DNA of 63,927 bases, filler included, from Hyphochytrium catenoides (GCA_900088475.1; 5 parts of 5 records of this genome joined end to end with filler, not necessarily neighbours in it); one strand, 5' to 3'. Counted from the whole stretch's first letter, positions 46,801-60,500 are shown. Numbers and translations are program-made. The notes: a model not told the origin generated them from the letters alone.

Positions 46801-49525
46801 GCGGATCACCTGTTCTTACGATGGGAGTGAGGCCTCTCTCAGAACTACCCTCCCGGACATACTCTCTCCGATGCCTCCTCTCTTACGCCCCTATTTTCAA
46901 TCCACACAAGTCCACTTGGGCTATTGGTACATGCCATACCTCTGACAAAGCCTGAGAAGGTTGCTTAGGAGCTACGTTTTGCAAAATGGCAAGCAGCCAG
47001 GACTGTGTGACGCGACTGGACTCGCGGCTGCAAGAGCAAGATCAGAATTGACAAAGAAAAAGATATAGAAAAGCATGGCTAGGATGTGATGTTAAAGACG
47101 AGTAGGATCGGCCGAAGTCGACGTAAGAGAGAGAAACCCTTTGCTGCCCATCTGTTGAAATGCAAATAGCTACTTACCTGAAGCGGACCATGTTCAATAG
47201 CGCTGCCCGGGCATATGCAGAGATCTCTTCAGACCCACCCCTTTCAGCCCACAAGATCAGCAGCTCTCTCCAGCCTAAAATCTGGCCACGTACGCCATGG
47301 TCTCCTTCTATGTGGACATCATGCAGAGCCTAAAGTCGGCGGAAAGGGCACCCCAGCACAGGAATGGAAGAGCAAAAAGACAAACCTTTAAGCTAAGCCA
47401 CTTAGTTAAAGGGAGACCTAGCTATCTGGTGATACCAGAACCTCTAGCACGTCATTGTAGGGCAAGGCGGCACTAATCGAAAGAGAGACAATGTAAGAGC
47501 TTACCAGGTCTGTGACGTCGTCTGCCATACGCGCGTACGCTGTCGACTCTGTGATCTGTCTAGTGTCAAGGAGCTGCTCGAGAAGGGAGATAGACTTTGG
47601 CGGGACATTCGAGACTTTGGCTGCAAACTCTGCAATGGTCCTTTGAGCCTCATATCTGATTCGCTGGTATCCAGCGTACTTTTCTTCTCTTCTATGCGCA
47701 CCGTCGCTTCTCTCTGTCAGCTCGTTAGCAAGCACAAGTAGTGCTGGAAGTGCTCCGGAACGGTGGATGAGTGCATGGTTCTCTCTGTTCTCTGCCAGCC
47801 GAGACAGCACTGTGACGGCCGTCAGCTGCAGATCAGGTCTTTTTCCTCTAAGCCATCTCGTAGCCTATGGAGGATGCCAAGCGAAAGGAGGAAGTTAGCA
47901 AAGCAGCCGGTTACTACTATGCATGCTCGTCCACCCTATGAAAGGAATCCTGTCAAAGCTTAAGATGGGCCCAGGGAGGTGGCGCATGCTGAAGAGGAAG
48001 GTGGCGCATGCTGAAGACGAGGAAGCCGAAACCCCTCATAGTCAAGAAACTCTCCACAAGGAGCACCATCAGCGACAAGGAGCACTCTCAGAAGTGCGCG
48101 CTTACCAGGGTCAGGATGGAAGCTTTATCATTGTCCTTTAGGAGATCTTCCCTGCTCACGACCCCAAGTAACAGATTCCCTATAGCGCCAGTCCCATCAT
48201 CCAGCGTGGGATTCATAGCTGCTCTCAGCACCACAGAGAGATGAGTATCGCGGCCCTCAGCAGGACGCTTGGCAAGGAACCGCAGGATGGTGGCCATTTC
48301 AGGCGATCCTCGAAGGGTCTGCTCGTCAAGCACATCGAAGAGAGCGCCGATCGAGGCCAAAGCAGCCTGGCGATGGCCAGATCATCAGCAAGAAAGCAAG
48401 AGATAGTCCAGGTCAGAGTTAGACTGGTCCCGGTGAATGGGAGATCTCCACGACAGCACACAGAGAGAAGATATAGGGCACCACCAGTTCTTCTGACCGA
48501 GGAAGACAGAATCGACAACGCAATATGGAGGAAAATTTGAACTTCTACGCAGTGAAGAGCAAGCCAACGGCCTGGTGGACGAGTGGGAGACCGGTAAGAG
48601 GCAGACAGTCATCAAGCAACAAAATAAACGGAGGACAGCTCCCCATAGGACGGCTTCAAAACTCTAAAGAGTAGAAGAGCACGTCTATCTTCGTGCTAAC
48701 CTCTTGGAAAGGCTTAATGATCGGTGATGGCTCCAGACTTAGCACAGAGATTAAGGCGGAGACGCGAGGAACCAAAGCAAATGCAGATGAGCTGCGCTGG
48801 ATCTCCCGCCTCCAGAGAGCTGCAAGGTCTCCTCTAATGGGCTTCAAAGGCGCGGAGAGAAGGCGATGCAGACTGGCAGCAATTGATCCTTCAGTTAGCC
48901 CGTTCGGCCCATCACTGAGAAGAAGCTGCTGGAGCATGTCTCCAAACTGGGGCTGTAGAAGAGAGAGCACCGCCTTGTCATTGGAGCGACACAGGAACTC
49001 AATCGAGTGCAACACGTCTGCATGGAGAGAGAAAGAGAGAGAACCACAACGAGAGAGAGGAAGAGCCACATGATCTGGTTAGAAACAGAGTAGCGACGAA
49101 GAGACCTTGTGACGAACAGATCTAGCCGAAGAGTACTCCTAGGAGTGATAGATAAAGTGGCAACCATCCCCTGGCTGCCGCCAGGGACAGCAGAGAGAAA
49201 GAAAAGGAGAAAAAGAATGTGAGAAGACAGGATAGCTGGGAGCGGGCAGAAAGAGGTAGGGAGAGTGAGAGGAGAGAGAGAGCGAAATAGACCGAGAGTC
49301 AGAGCCGGAGCGAGAGGCAGACAACGGGTGGCAGAAAGAGAGAGGCAGAGAGAGAGAGAGAAAGAGAGAGAGAGAAAGAGGGGAGAGGTGGCAAAGAAAG
49401 CCCTAAGTGACATCCGTGACGTTCTTGTCCCTGGTCCCTTAGCCACTGAGAGTAGGGAGCTTACAGATAACCGTAGAGCGAGGCTTGCCTGTCCACTCAC
49501 CCATAAAAGACTTACTAGGAGGACA

Positions 49526-49576
<51 letters not shown>

Positions 49577-50395
49577 CTGTCCTACCTGGGGTCATCTGCC
49601 CGCTCGCTGCTGCGCCCAGGAGGATGTCCATCCCTCCCAAGTCTACGATGAGGGTGGGAAGGGCCGGTAGATTGTTCTCGATACTGAAGTTGCAGGCTCC
49701 AACGACGCTTTCCGTGGCCAACTCCGAGAGAGAAGAGACCAGCGCCTCCTCCTGCTTCTCAGCCATACGCCTAGCGGTTGAGAAGCGTCGAAGGAGCGCC
49801 CGAGGAAGCTCTGGACGGGTTTGGAGGGCCATTGAAAAAGCAGAAGTGACAAAGGGGAGAGAGAGAAACGTCTAAAAAGGAGGAAGAGACGAAGGGGAGA
49901 GAGAGACAGAGAGAGAGAGGAGGCTCCAAAAAAAACAGCGAGAGGGAGAGGAGGAGAGAGAAACAGAGAGAGAGGGAGAGAATGAGAGAGAAGTGGGGAG
50001 AAGAGACAGAGAGAGAGAGAGAGACAGTATTAGACAGAGAGAGACGAATAGAGAGAGGAGATTATCTCTCCCCACCTACCTCCCTGCACATCCTTTTCCT
50101 TAGGCAGCGGCGGGACAGCCTCCCATCGAGTCAGCGCCAAGTAAAGCAGAGGCAAGGCTATTGCTCCTCCAAGCCCCGCTGCTATCCTCCGCCGCCACGA
50201 TGGAGCTCTGGCTCCAGGAGCAGCGGCCGCAACTGCAGGAGGAGGTACAGAACGTGGCTCTGGATGAGAAGACGCCGTTGAAGAGCTTCCTCTCCTCCTC
50301 TGAAGCCATAGTTCAGGGCTTCTCTCTCCTGGCGGAAAGCCGCGCCTGCGGGGTAACCGCCTTGTGCCCAGGAGAGAGGCTCTTAAGCCCTTCAT
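43887..50395 (-). CDS. SERAC1: SERAC1-like protein: basic presequence, TM helix, ARM/HEAT-like region, PGAP1-like alpha/beta hydrolase (about 15 exons)
   Basis: Motifs DAVFIHGLRGHPFRTWR, FWPVDWLPRDL, RVLTVGYDA, VVFLTHSMGGIICK (nucleophile Ser), VVFYATPHLG, VLSLAEG, LIVSPSSAEPGVG and ANHMDICKP. Arg-rich N-terminus followed by IAAGLGGAIALPLLYLAL. Junctions near 45850-46210 are ambiguous. Confidence 0.88.
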
Positions 50396-50596
50396 GGGCG
50401 CTGTGAAGTTCTCTCAGACATCCTTCCCAGCTCTTTTCTCTCCCTTTCAGTCCTTTCCTTCTTATAGATCTTCTCTCTCTCTCCTCGCCCGGCCAAGTCC
50501 ATCTCTCTGCTGGTTGCCCCTCCGTGCAGAGCTGTCCGTCCTTCCACAGTGCTCCACCGCATCCAAGCTCGCAAAGACACTTGGGTTTCTACCCTT

Positions 50597-50628
<32 letters not shown>

Positions 50629-50870
50629 TCTCTCTGTGTCTCTCTCTCTCTCTCTCCCTCTCTCTCGCCTCCTTTTCTCTCAAAGGGTGTGACAAGAGCT
50701 CCTTGTATTGATTTCGTTTATACGCATCTATATCCCTAATAAATGGCTCTAATTGGCACCCTCTTAGAAATAGAAGCGCTTCTGATTGTTCTGATTGCGT
50801 ATCTTTCGATCTTGTCATGGCTTCTGATTGACATGGCTTCTTCGTTGATGGTTTGGTCTCTCTCTCTCTC

Positions 50871-50924
<54 letters not shown>

Positions 50925-51204
50925 TCTCTCCTGCTTGCTCTCTTTCGCTGTGTTCTCTCTCTCTCTCTTGCCCTCCATCCCTCCTGCGGCCCTTTAGACG
51001 GCTAATAAAAGGGAGAGAGACTGACAGAGACGGACAGACAGACAGAGAGAGAGAGAGAGAGAGCGCAGAAGCAGAACTAGTCATCATGCCTCGGAGATAA
51101 GAAGAGCTTGTGCGCTGGAGGAAGAGGAGATCAGAGGAGGTTATCCTCTTAGTGACTGCAGCCGTGCAGCCGGTCCATAAACAAAGGCTCAAGACGAGGA
51201 AGAG

Positions 51205-51249
51205 ATGAAGACGATCGTTGTGGGAGGAACCTCCACAGGCGTGGGGAAG
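51205..51249 (+). CDS. First exon of a P-loop enzyme of the CbiA/CobB or BioD type (MKTIVVGGTSTGVGK); remainder lost at the contig end
   Basis: ATG, hydrophobic beta strand and the GTSTGVGK Walker A variant, ending at an AAG|GTAGCG donor followed by an intron-type CT tract. Only 15 aa are visible. Confidence 0.5.
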
Positions 51250-51293
51250 GTAGCGCAGCGGCCCAACTCCTCTCTCTCTCTCTCTCTCTCTCT

Positions 51294-51393
51294 NNNNNNN
51301 NNNNNNNNNNNNNNNNNNNNNNNNNNNNNNNNNNNNNTTAATTAATTAANNNNNNNNNNNNNNNNNNNNNNNNNNNNNNNNNNNNNNNNNNNN
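51294..51393. other. Artificial contig linker 44N-TTAATTAATTAA-44N
   Basis: Identical 100-bp spacer. Confidence 0.97.
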
Positions 51394-53300
51394 CCTTTGG
51401 AACCCTTGCGTGGGAAGGTGATGCTGATTTGTCACTGACTTCTAATGTACAGTTATATCGCGAGCCTCCTTCCTGGATTCCTGCCAACGCTTAGTCCTCG
51501 CCTTTAACGACAAGTCTCTGATGAGTATGGTCCAATCTCTAAATATTGCAACCGACTCTAGCCCTCTAGAGCTGTTCATAAGCAATCGGTATGGCATAAC
51601 TGAGGCCGGAGAGCTGCGCATTCGTCATGACTGGACGTTGACCTAGGGAGCAGCCCGGTTTCCCAGATTTCTCGCTATTTGGCTAAAATTGAAGATATAC
51701 AACTACGAACGATGCGGGCGTAGACACGGTCTCGAGCTCGTCACCTATCGAGGAAAGTCATGAAGATACTCTAAGAAACAACGCTGTGTAATGAACACGT
51801 TTGAGGAGAAACTTTGCTAGCGCCGTCTGCTGGCGGAAGACCCCATTCATTAGCGAAATGCGGCGGTGGTACGTGAACTTTCGAGCGCCAGAAAAGGCGA
51901 GCCGCATTCTTGTGAGACTTGTGACTTGTATCCATATCGTGGTACCAGCCAATGTTGTCTGACATGCATTTTGGGGTCCAATATCTCAGAGGTAGCAACC
52001 CTGGCTGGTCATCCTTGGGAACCCGAGATGGAGTCCGTAATATGCTCTACGTCTCCCCTTCACTTCTCATCCCAACAATGTGTTCCATACCTTCATCTCT
52101 AGCCTCTCAAGAGAGAGCTATAGGTTGATTTGAAATCATATTAAGTTAAATCAGATGCTATAACGTCCAACCGCACTAGGTCTAGAGGTGCCCTTCGAGC
52201 ATTTTAACCAACTCCCTGCTCGGCCTCTACTACCTATCTTGAACCCCATGATGTCCGCAACAGCCTTGACCGCCTCGCCGCCTGCATTGACCACTATTGG
52301 TAGGGCGGCCGTCCTTGGGTTGGCGTAGTTGTGCTCCTCCCGCTAGTGCTGCTGCTCAAGATGCGATGAGAAAGTGCATCGCCATCGCCCAATAGCTCTT
52401 CGACACTAATAGAAGTCGAACTTCAAAGTACAGAGAGATGAGTTACAATCCATCTCTGATGTCTGAGTCTGTCATCGGCAGTTACTACGGCAGCACTGGA
52501 GGAAGGTCATCAGGGCTTCGTCGGTCTCTTTCATCTGTGGTGTTGCCACCTATAGATTAACCGACTGCAGTGGAATCCCTTCACATAAGGCTTTATTGCG
52601 CCAACCGACAACCTTATCCTTCGCCGACCAGTAGCTTGTATGTTGTGTGTGACTCTTTGGGCCTGCCCAATAGGGATGGCCCTTTATTCCAAACCATACC
52701 TCCCTTATTCCATTAAACCTGATATGCTCAGACACTGGATTCTTGATTCGTTGCTCTATGTCTATGAATCGCCCGTGAGAGCAAACCTCTCTCTTTATTT
52801 CTCTCCTCCCAAACTCTGTCTTTTACTTCTTTTTCCTTCGATGTCCAGCCACAAAACCTGTGCCATAGATTCCCTCACACACTCCGTACCCTGTCATACA
52901 TGCTATCTCTTACTCAATCTGTCTCACGCTTTCTCTGTGCCAAATCCTTGCTTTTCCTCATTTCTACGCCTCTCTCTCGTCTCGCATTTGAGTGTGGTTC
53001 AGTTTTTGTTTGTCCTCGTCCCCACAATCTCTTTACTCTGAATCTATGGGAGCCGTTCGCCGCTTGGGGCGTCAGCGCCAGAGCTCATCCATTGCCGCAG
53101 ATCAGGAAGTGCAGAGCCCTCGCATCACGTTTCCGAGCTCTGTCAGCCGTGAAACTCATCTCAACCAATGCACCGATCTGTCTCCTGGTAGAGCTATTCC
53201 AGTCTGGCACTGTCTCAGTCTCTAACTTCCTCACTTCATATTAAGAGGAAGCGACGAGCGACGTTTTGAGCACAGAAAGTCAAGCTTCTACTTGGTGACC

Positions 53301-53918
53301 ATGAGCGCAAGGGCTACCATCGTTCGTCTGGGTAATCCCATCCTTCGGATGCCCTCCATGCCGATCAAGGACGTCTTCGAACCCAGGATTGCAGCCATCA
53401 GGGAAGAGCTACATGAAACTCTTCTCAGCTTTCGTAAAGTCTACGGATTCCGACGCGCGATTGCAGCGCCACAGATTGGCCACAGTGTTCGCATGATAGC
53501 GATGAACCTAGGCAAGGGACCGTTCACGCTGCACAATCCAGACATCACCTGGAAAAGCGACAAGACCTTCACTCTATGGGACGACTGCATGTCGATGCCA
53601 GATTTGCTGGTGCGGGTTGAGCGTCATAGTTCTGTCTCCGTCAAGTACATGGATGAGCAGGGCAAAGATGTTATGTGGAACAACCTCTACTGGGATCATT
53701 CGGAGCTTATCCAGCACGAATTGGACCACTTAGACGGCATTCTAATGCTCGACCGAGCGGCGGGCATTCAAAATTCAATTATTTATCGCAGCGAGTATGA
53801 CAAGCAGCGCAAGATGTACGACCGGATGGTAGATTATGTTCCTCCGGCGCCGCAATTCATGCCTCTAACAACGCCTGTCCATCTGCCAGAGGCTGAGGCT
53901 GAGCTTCATGCCGCATAG
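53301..53918 (+). CDS. def: Peptide deformylase family protein with atypical motifs, 205 aa, intronless
   Basis: IVRLGNPILR; motif 1 variant RRAIAAPQIG; motif 2 variant WDDCMS; motif 3 QHELDHLDG intact. Confidence 0.92.
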   Translation: MSARATIVRLGNPILRMPSMPIKDVFEPRIAAIREELHETLLSFRKVYGFRRAIAAPQIGHSVRMIAMNLGKGPFTLHNPDITWKSDKTFTLWDDCMSMPDLLVRVERHSSVSVKYMDEQGKDVMWNNLYWDHSELIQHELDHLDGILMLDRAAGIQNSIIYRSEYDKQRKMYDRMVDYVPPAPQFMPLTTPVHLPEAEAELHAA

Positions 53919-54561
53919 AGGGAGGTAGCCGTCTTGTCCAGAGACGTTATAGATTAGGTCCTAGGGAGTAGTAGGCAGGAGAGAGAAGCGCGCTGGAACT
54001 TATTTATTCGTAGATGTTCTATCAGGGTCAACATGACTCAAATTGTCCTAATAAAGCAACTTCGCATCTAACCGACGAGCTTAAGAAATCAGCTGAGCAC
54101 TCTTCGTCCCGATATCATGATCGCGAAGCCATCTCTTCCTGGCTCACGAGCTATGTGTAGCCTACCATCTGAGAGTGAGTGCATTTGCTGCTTGTGAGGG
54201 CTGGCAGCTAGAGGTCCCTAGCAAATGCAGGTTTATACCTCGACCTAAAACGGTATTTTTGGCCTGACAATCTGACAATCGCTGAAAGCTCGCAAGAAGC
54301 TCTGGAGAAGTTTCTTTCTTTGAGCCTGTTTCTGCTATTTAGTCATTGGGAGAGGGCTCACCCTCTCTCTCTGGGTGCTGCTATCTTGGGGTTGATAAGA
54401 ACGCAAAGAGATGGAAGCTATGAACGTGATATGGACTCTAAGCTTATGTAGCAGTGCTAAATTCCTACGTTCTTCATTGACTGTCCGGTACTAAGCACTT
54501 AAAAGAATCGCATGCTCGTCCCTCTCTACTCCTACTCCGTTCTGATGGCCTTGAGGCGTCC

Positions 54562-57500
54562 CTAGTACTGATATCCCCCTACGTTAGGAGGCATGCCATA
54601 CCCCGACATTGGTGGCATCACGCCCATTCCAGGACCCGCCATTCCTGGTGCCGGCATACCCATTCCAACAGACTGCATGCCCATTGGTGGTGCCATGCTC
54701 ATGTAGCCATTAGGATCATTGAAGGCAGTCGCAGCGATCTGCAGTGGTGCCTGGAAGCCACCTGCCATCTGTGGGTCAAGTTGCGGTTGAGCAGCTGCTG
54801 CGGTAGAATCTTCCTTTGGCGTCGTGCGGACATCCAGCTCCTTCACCTTCTCATGCAGATTCTTGGTAAACTGGATGAAGTATGGCATGACAAAGTCCAC
54901 ATAGCCATTCCGCCAAGCCAGCTCCATAGCAACATCTGGCTTGATGAAGTCGAAACACGTGTACAGGACAGCGCAGAAGCACTCCTTGTCATGGATCTCG
55001 ACGAAGTACCGGAGAAGCTCCTCGACTAGGTCGGGCTCAGCAGAGGCTGCTGCCGTATCAATGGCGTCCTTGTACATCTTGTCTTGCTTGGAGAGTTGCA
55101 CACTCTGGCGATAGCGCTTGTTCTTCTTGTAGAGATAGGCTGCTATGCGGCGGAACTCCAGCAGCTCGTGCTTCTCTACCTTCTGAGCCAATGCGATCTG
55201 GTCGAAGTTACCGAACTGGTCTGCAGAGGTACGGAGACTCTCATAGTCTTCGTCCTCCACATAGATCTCATTCAGAGCTTCATTTACTGCAGAGAGATTC
55301 TCCTTCTGCACTGCCTTCAGATAGTCCACTACAAGAGGCAGATTATCGCTCTTCCTCAGCTGGTGAACCACCCGTGCATGGTCTAGGTTAGGCGTGAGCA
55401 CTTGCAGGAGCTTGGTGAGATCCAGGGGGTGCTGTTCTAGGTAGAAGTTGATTGCTTTGTAGTGAATCTCCTGGTTCCGAACTTTCTGCACGCAGGATAG
55501 GAAGAGCTCTTGAGACCAAGCTATAGGGTGCTCAATCATCGTCCGAACAGCGTTGTCAAACTGTCCATCTTCTTTGTAGAGGAAGACGGCCTCGTCCCAA
55601 TGCAAGCCCTTCTCACAGGCACGGAGCAGCTTCGGGATATTCATCCTGTTCTTGAAGATCTTGATGTGTTCCATCAGTTTCTCTGCCTTGTACTTAGAGT
55701 ATAGCACAGCAAGTTCTGTGAAAACGCCCGCATGTGCTCCCTCGAGACCCAGTCCCTGCTCCATCAGTTTGAGGAGCTCATCTGAGAAGCCGCGCCTCTC
55801 ATAGTGTACAATAAGCTCCTCCAAATGGTCTGGGTGGACGATAATGTGCAAACCACAGATTGCAGCGAGGCGGAACTCAGCGACATCAAGGCACGCGTAG
55901 CAAACTTCCTTCCAGGTGCTACATTAATAACGACACGGTACATAGGGTTAGTTAGCAATCATCGAGCGGCACATATACAGTGGCAATAGAGCAAAAGAAC
56001 AGTTCACAAAGAACGAGATGCATGATGCCGCTTTGGGTCCTTAGAAGGTAAGTAATGTCGTGAATTACCTGACGCTGTTAGCCCTTTGAGCGCTCTCTAC
56101 TGCGTCTCTATAGTTCTTCAACCTCACGTAACAGATGGCCAGCTTGGCGTTGTTGTTGATGCTTGCAAAGAGGATCTTCGCAGCGTCGAACATGTTTTCA
56201 CCGAATAGTCGCTCCGCACACTGCTGTATCTGGGCCACATTTGGAGCAGAGATAAACTCTTCCAGCTCCGCGTACTTCTTGGTTTTAGCAAGGGCATAGA
56301 TGAGCTCTGTGTCAATAACTTGCTCCTTCACCTTCTTCCTGGCCATCTTGAGGTATGGGATAAGGATCTCATAGTTCTCAGCAGCCTTTGCGACCTCAAT
56401 GACCTCGAAGTAGGAGTTAGGATCTTCCGCTTTGATAAATGCTTGTACGCTCTCCTTGATCTGTCCATTACGGATCTGTGCCTGAGCCAGCTTGCTCCAC
56501 ACTTCAGGATCATTGCACCTGTCGGCATATTCATAGGCACGGTCCACATCCTTAATAAAGTCCAAGAGGACGGCGATGGCTTCCACGTCGTGCTTGGTCT
56601 TCTTATAGATGGTAAGGGCCTCTTCGTAGAGCTCGTATTGTTCCGAGACTGCGATCTTGGCAATCTCTGGGCCGTCGAAGTTGTCAAGGCGGTTAATATA
56701 GTCCATGACCTTGTCCTTGTCAGCCTTGATCGCCGTTAGAATCAAAAGGTTTTGCAAGTTCTTATTATCCGCAAAGTCTGAGCCTTGAAGAACGATTCTT
56801 TCCAAGAGCTCGATAAGCTCATGGGGCATGTCTGCATTCATGAACGCCTTCACCGTAGTAGAAACCTCGTCTGGATTCTTGCTCTCTGGTAGAGCAGTCT
56901 GGACCACCTGATCAATCAGCATTCGACGAGATGGAGTCTCCTCTGACTCCTCTGGAGATTTGGCCAAAGCTCTGGCCCAAAGCTCCAAGTCCTGACGCTC
57001 TACCAAATACCGCGCGAGGTCCTTATAGAGACCATTTTCAGTGGTGACTCGGAGCAGGTCGTCATCGCATTGTCCACCAGAGCGACGGTAGGCAAGGAAA
57101 GCCAGAGACGGATCTAGCTTCTCACAGAATTTGCCCACGACAGCACTGTCATAGTAGGAGTTGTTTGTTAAAAACTGCACAGGATCTCTGTTTAGAGTGA
57201 TGTAGATCTTGCCAAGGGCATTATGGGTAGCAGGCTCAGTGTTTCCCTGTTGGACGCGAATCTCCAGCCATCCTTGAAGCAGGCGAAGACGGTTTCTCTT
57301 CTCAACCTCATCCACAAGTTCCGCTACAGGTACGCCTTGTCCTACGCTGTTCAGAAGGTTCTTGATGAACTCTTCGTTGCAGTCCAGGTCCAGAAGCTTG
57401 CCAACCACCCACGGGGTTTTCTGAGGACTGACCTATAATAATGACAGTCCAAGAAGGACACGAGAGGCCAGAACAACGGATAAGCGCGAAAAATAGGCTT

Positions 57501-60500
57501 ACAATTGGGAAACAGACAGGAGCACATTAGAGAGACAATGCCAGCGAGCCTCCCAATCCTGCAACTCCACCTAACGCATAGTCGTTAACGATGGTGTTTT
57601 TCCTTACCTTCTGGCAATAAACCTCAATATACTTGAGAAGGTTGTTGCTGTACAGATACTGAGTCAACTCCTCGACAAAGTCATAGCGGTCGCACACGTG
57701 AATGAGAGGACGCGGGTCAGGAAGCTTGTTCTCTAGAAGGAAGTCCTTGACCTGCTTGGGGTCGTACACAGTGGAATCCCTGCAAACGCGCTCAACCTCC
57801 TTAAACTGGCCCATCTGTTGAATGGCGGCGTCAAATGGGTGGTGTTAGGACGCAACGTTGCAGAGGATTATGGGTGTTACAGACTGTTACATATACACAA
57901 GAAGTACCATCTAGTCGCAATGAAGTCCTCCCGCCTGAAAATTGAAAGTCTGCTCCAAGGGTGCTTAGCACCCTTTTCGCCTCTTGTCAGGCATCCTCTC
58001 ACCTTAGCGGCTGCCTCAATGTATTTGAAGTGGACCTTGGCCTCTTGCGAAAAGTTAACGATGGCTCCAAGATAGTAGTAGAGCCCATCGTAGCTCTTGA
58101 ACTTCTCAAAGAGCTCAATCAAGCGGTCAGCGCCCAGTTGGTCCGAGTACTTCGTAGCTACTTGAACCACAATGTTCAGGTTCTGACGCAAGTTATGGGC
58201 CAGAAGAGTGTTAAGGCACTCCACGCTGTTCTCGGCCGTCATGGTTCCAAAGTAAGCGACGATAAACTCGGGGTTCATGGCTTCTGTGTGCACAATGATA
58301 CGCTTAATGTCCGTCAAGTCTGAGCGGTGCTCCAGAGCCCGCTGGAATAGTCCAGCCTTCTCACACAGGTCGGCTACGCGCGTCCTGTCGTAGTGATGGA
58401 ACATGTCATTGGAGAGAATTGCATCCGCCACCTAAGAAGCCATGAAGGAGAAGGGACATCAGCGTCATGACGTTGATACTGGTCAGCCCACAGTATATCT
58501 CTCAAAACAAATCTGCTAAGCTTATCAAGAGTAGAAGAGACGCACTAAAAATAGGTGTATGGGCGAGAGTCTCCTTGGACAAGAAGCTCATAGACACATC
58601 CCTATCTCTGGTTGTCTTAGTCTCTCTATAAATCTCTCCTATGACCACGCCCTTACATACCTGCGGAGAGCCTCCAAGGAGGTTAATCTCAAGAAGTCTA
58701 GTTTGCAGATACCCTTCCTCAGGTCTGTCTTGCTTCAGGGCCTCCAAGAGGAATGCTGTGGTCTCCTGCACTCTGTTGACCTGCATGAAGATGTCCACCA
58801 CCGAGCTGACGTCCACCAGTGGACCAGAAGGAGATGTCGCTAGCTTTTGGGCAAAGTCCAAAGCTCCGGCAGGGTTTTGACGTACGAGATTCTGTAGCAT
58901 AAAGGTATAGTCGCAGCGGTAGCCGGTCTGTGCAGCATAGGAGACAATCTTGTCGAACTCGCCCCTGGCCACAAAGCAATTGATCACTTTGTCGGGAACG
59001 TTTGCGCGAAGGTAAATTGACAGAGCCATGTTGGTGTCCACTTGGGCCACCATATCACCGAGCTCCTCACTGCAATCAACCTTGTTCTCAGTTAACCATT
59101 TCTCCAACAGCTGCCCACGTCCTTGCTGGAGAACTGGGCGAGCCAACTCCAGGGACTCAAGCTTGTTCAGATTACCCTTCTCAAGTAGCACAGCGAAGTA
59201 CTGCAGGACAGGCGCAGGCTGGTTAGGCTGGGCAGGCATAGCCTGGAATCGCTGAATCGTCTGTGGGGTCCTTAGTAGGCCCTGAGGGGAGCTAGCAGCC
59301 AGTCTAGCACTGCCTTGGATGTCACCAGCGGCCAATAAGCGGTTGAACTCTGAGACATAAAGGTCATCAGCTCCAGGTAGCCCGAGCCTCGAGGCCAGCG
59401 AAATGGCGAGCTGGCTGTCCCTGAGAGTGTTGACTATATAGGGAATCAATGTCTGGTCGTTTAAAGCAATGTGCAGGACTTGTCCCTTCCTAGCAGTGAT
59501 GCCCAAAACTCCTCCAGTGCCCGAGTGGAGAGTAGTGGTAAAGACGGTGTCTTGGCTCACCCGGCTACGGTAGAGAGGCTTGCCAGTATGGACGTCGAAG
59601 AGGTATAGATAGCCCATCTTGGTGATGAGATAAATGATATCCTGCTTGTCGCTAATCTGTAAGGTTGAAAAGGGACAATGGCTACGTCAGATAAAGGCCA
59701 TTTGCTTCTTCCTTTTGATTTTTTCACCTGCATAGACACCGGGAAATCGGCAGCAGCATCTGGCGGGACAGGGATAGCAGCAGGAGGAAGACGGAAGACA
59801 CCTCCGGGGGCGTTCTTGTCACGTCCGACTTCCATAACGAAGAGCTACGGTTACGGGCGTAAGAGTTCGTGCACAATTCATGCCTTTTGCTTATCTACAT
59901 TAGTTCGCCTCTAACTTCCCAGTACCCAAATGTTTGCCAGTCACTTTCCTAATATGCTCCTTAGCCTCTCACCTGCTGCGGACCGTTATCCTTCGATCCT
60001 ACAAAGCAGAGCACTTGCGCCTCGTCTGTCCTGCCCGGAGGAGTAATCTTGCAGAAAGCTCCCGCATGCGCTGGCAGGATCTGGCTGACTGCCTTCTCGT
60101 GAGAATAGAGCTGCATAGTGCCAACAATTTGGCCCGGAGCTGCCTGGGAGATGCCGACCAGAAGACTCCACTGGTTATCAAAGCTACAAGCGTAGTTGAT
60201 AATTTGAGTGCCAGCTCCCAGATTGGCATGGCGGTCAAATATCTTGACTGGAGCGGTGTCGCCTTAAGGAGCCACAATATGTTAGAACAAGTCAGATCAA
60301 GAAAGATTAGAGGATAAGATAGACATAGCCAGCGAGAGACCACGAGGGATGAGATTTGGAGACGCTGGAATGAGAGAAAGAGGGGGAGGGGAGAGAGAAA
60401 GAGCCGCTTCAGAGAGCGAGAGAGAGAGAGAGCCCGTTGATAAGACAAGGAGGTAATAGATTACGATGAAGTAGGATTGCAGCTGGAATAGAGGTTAGCG

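Noticed and set aside
41185-53918. mntH, cbiA-like exon and def as a single horizontally transferred island
   Set aside because: They lie on three different contigs separated by artificial linkers.
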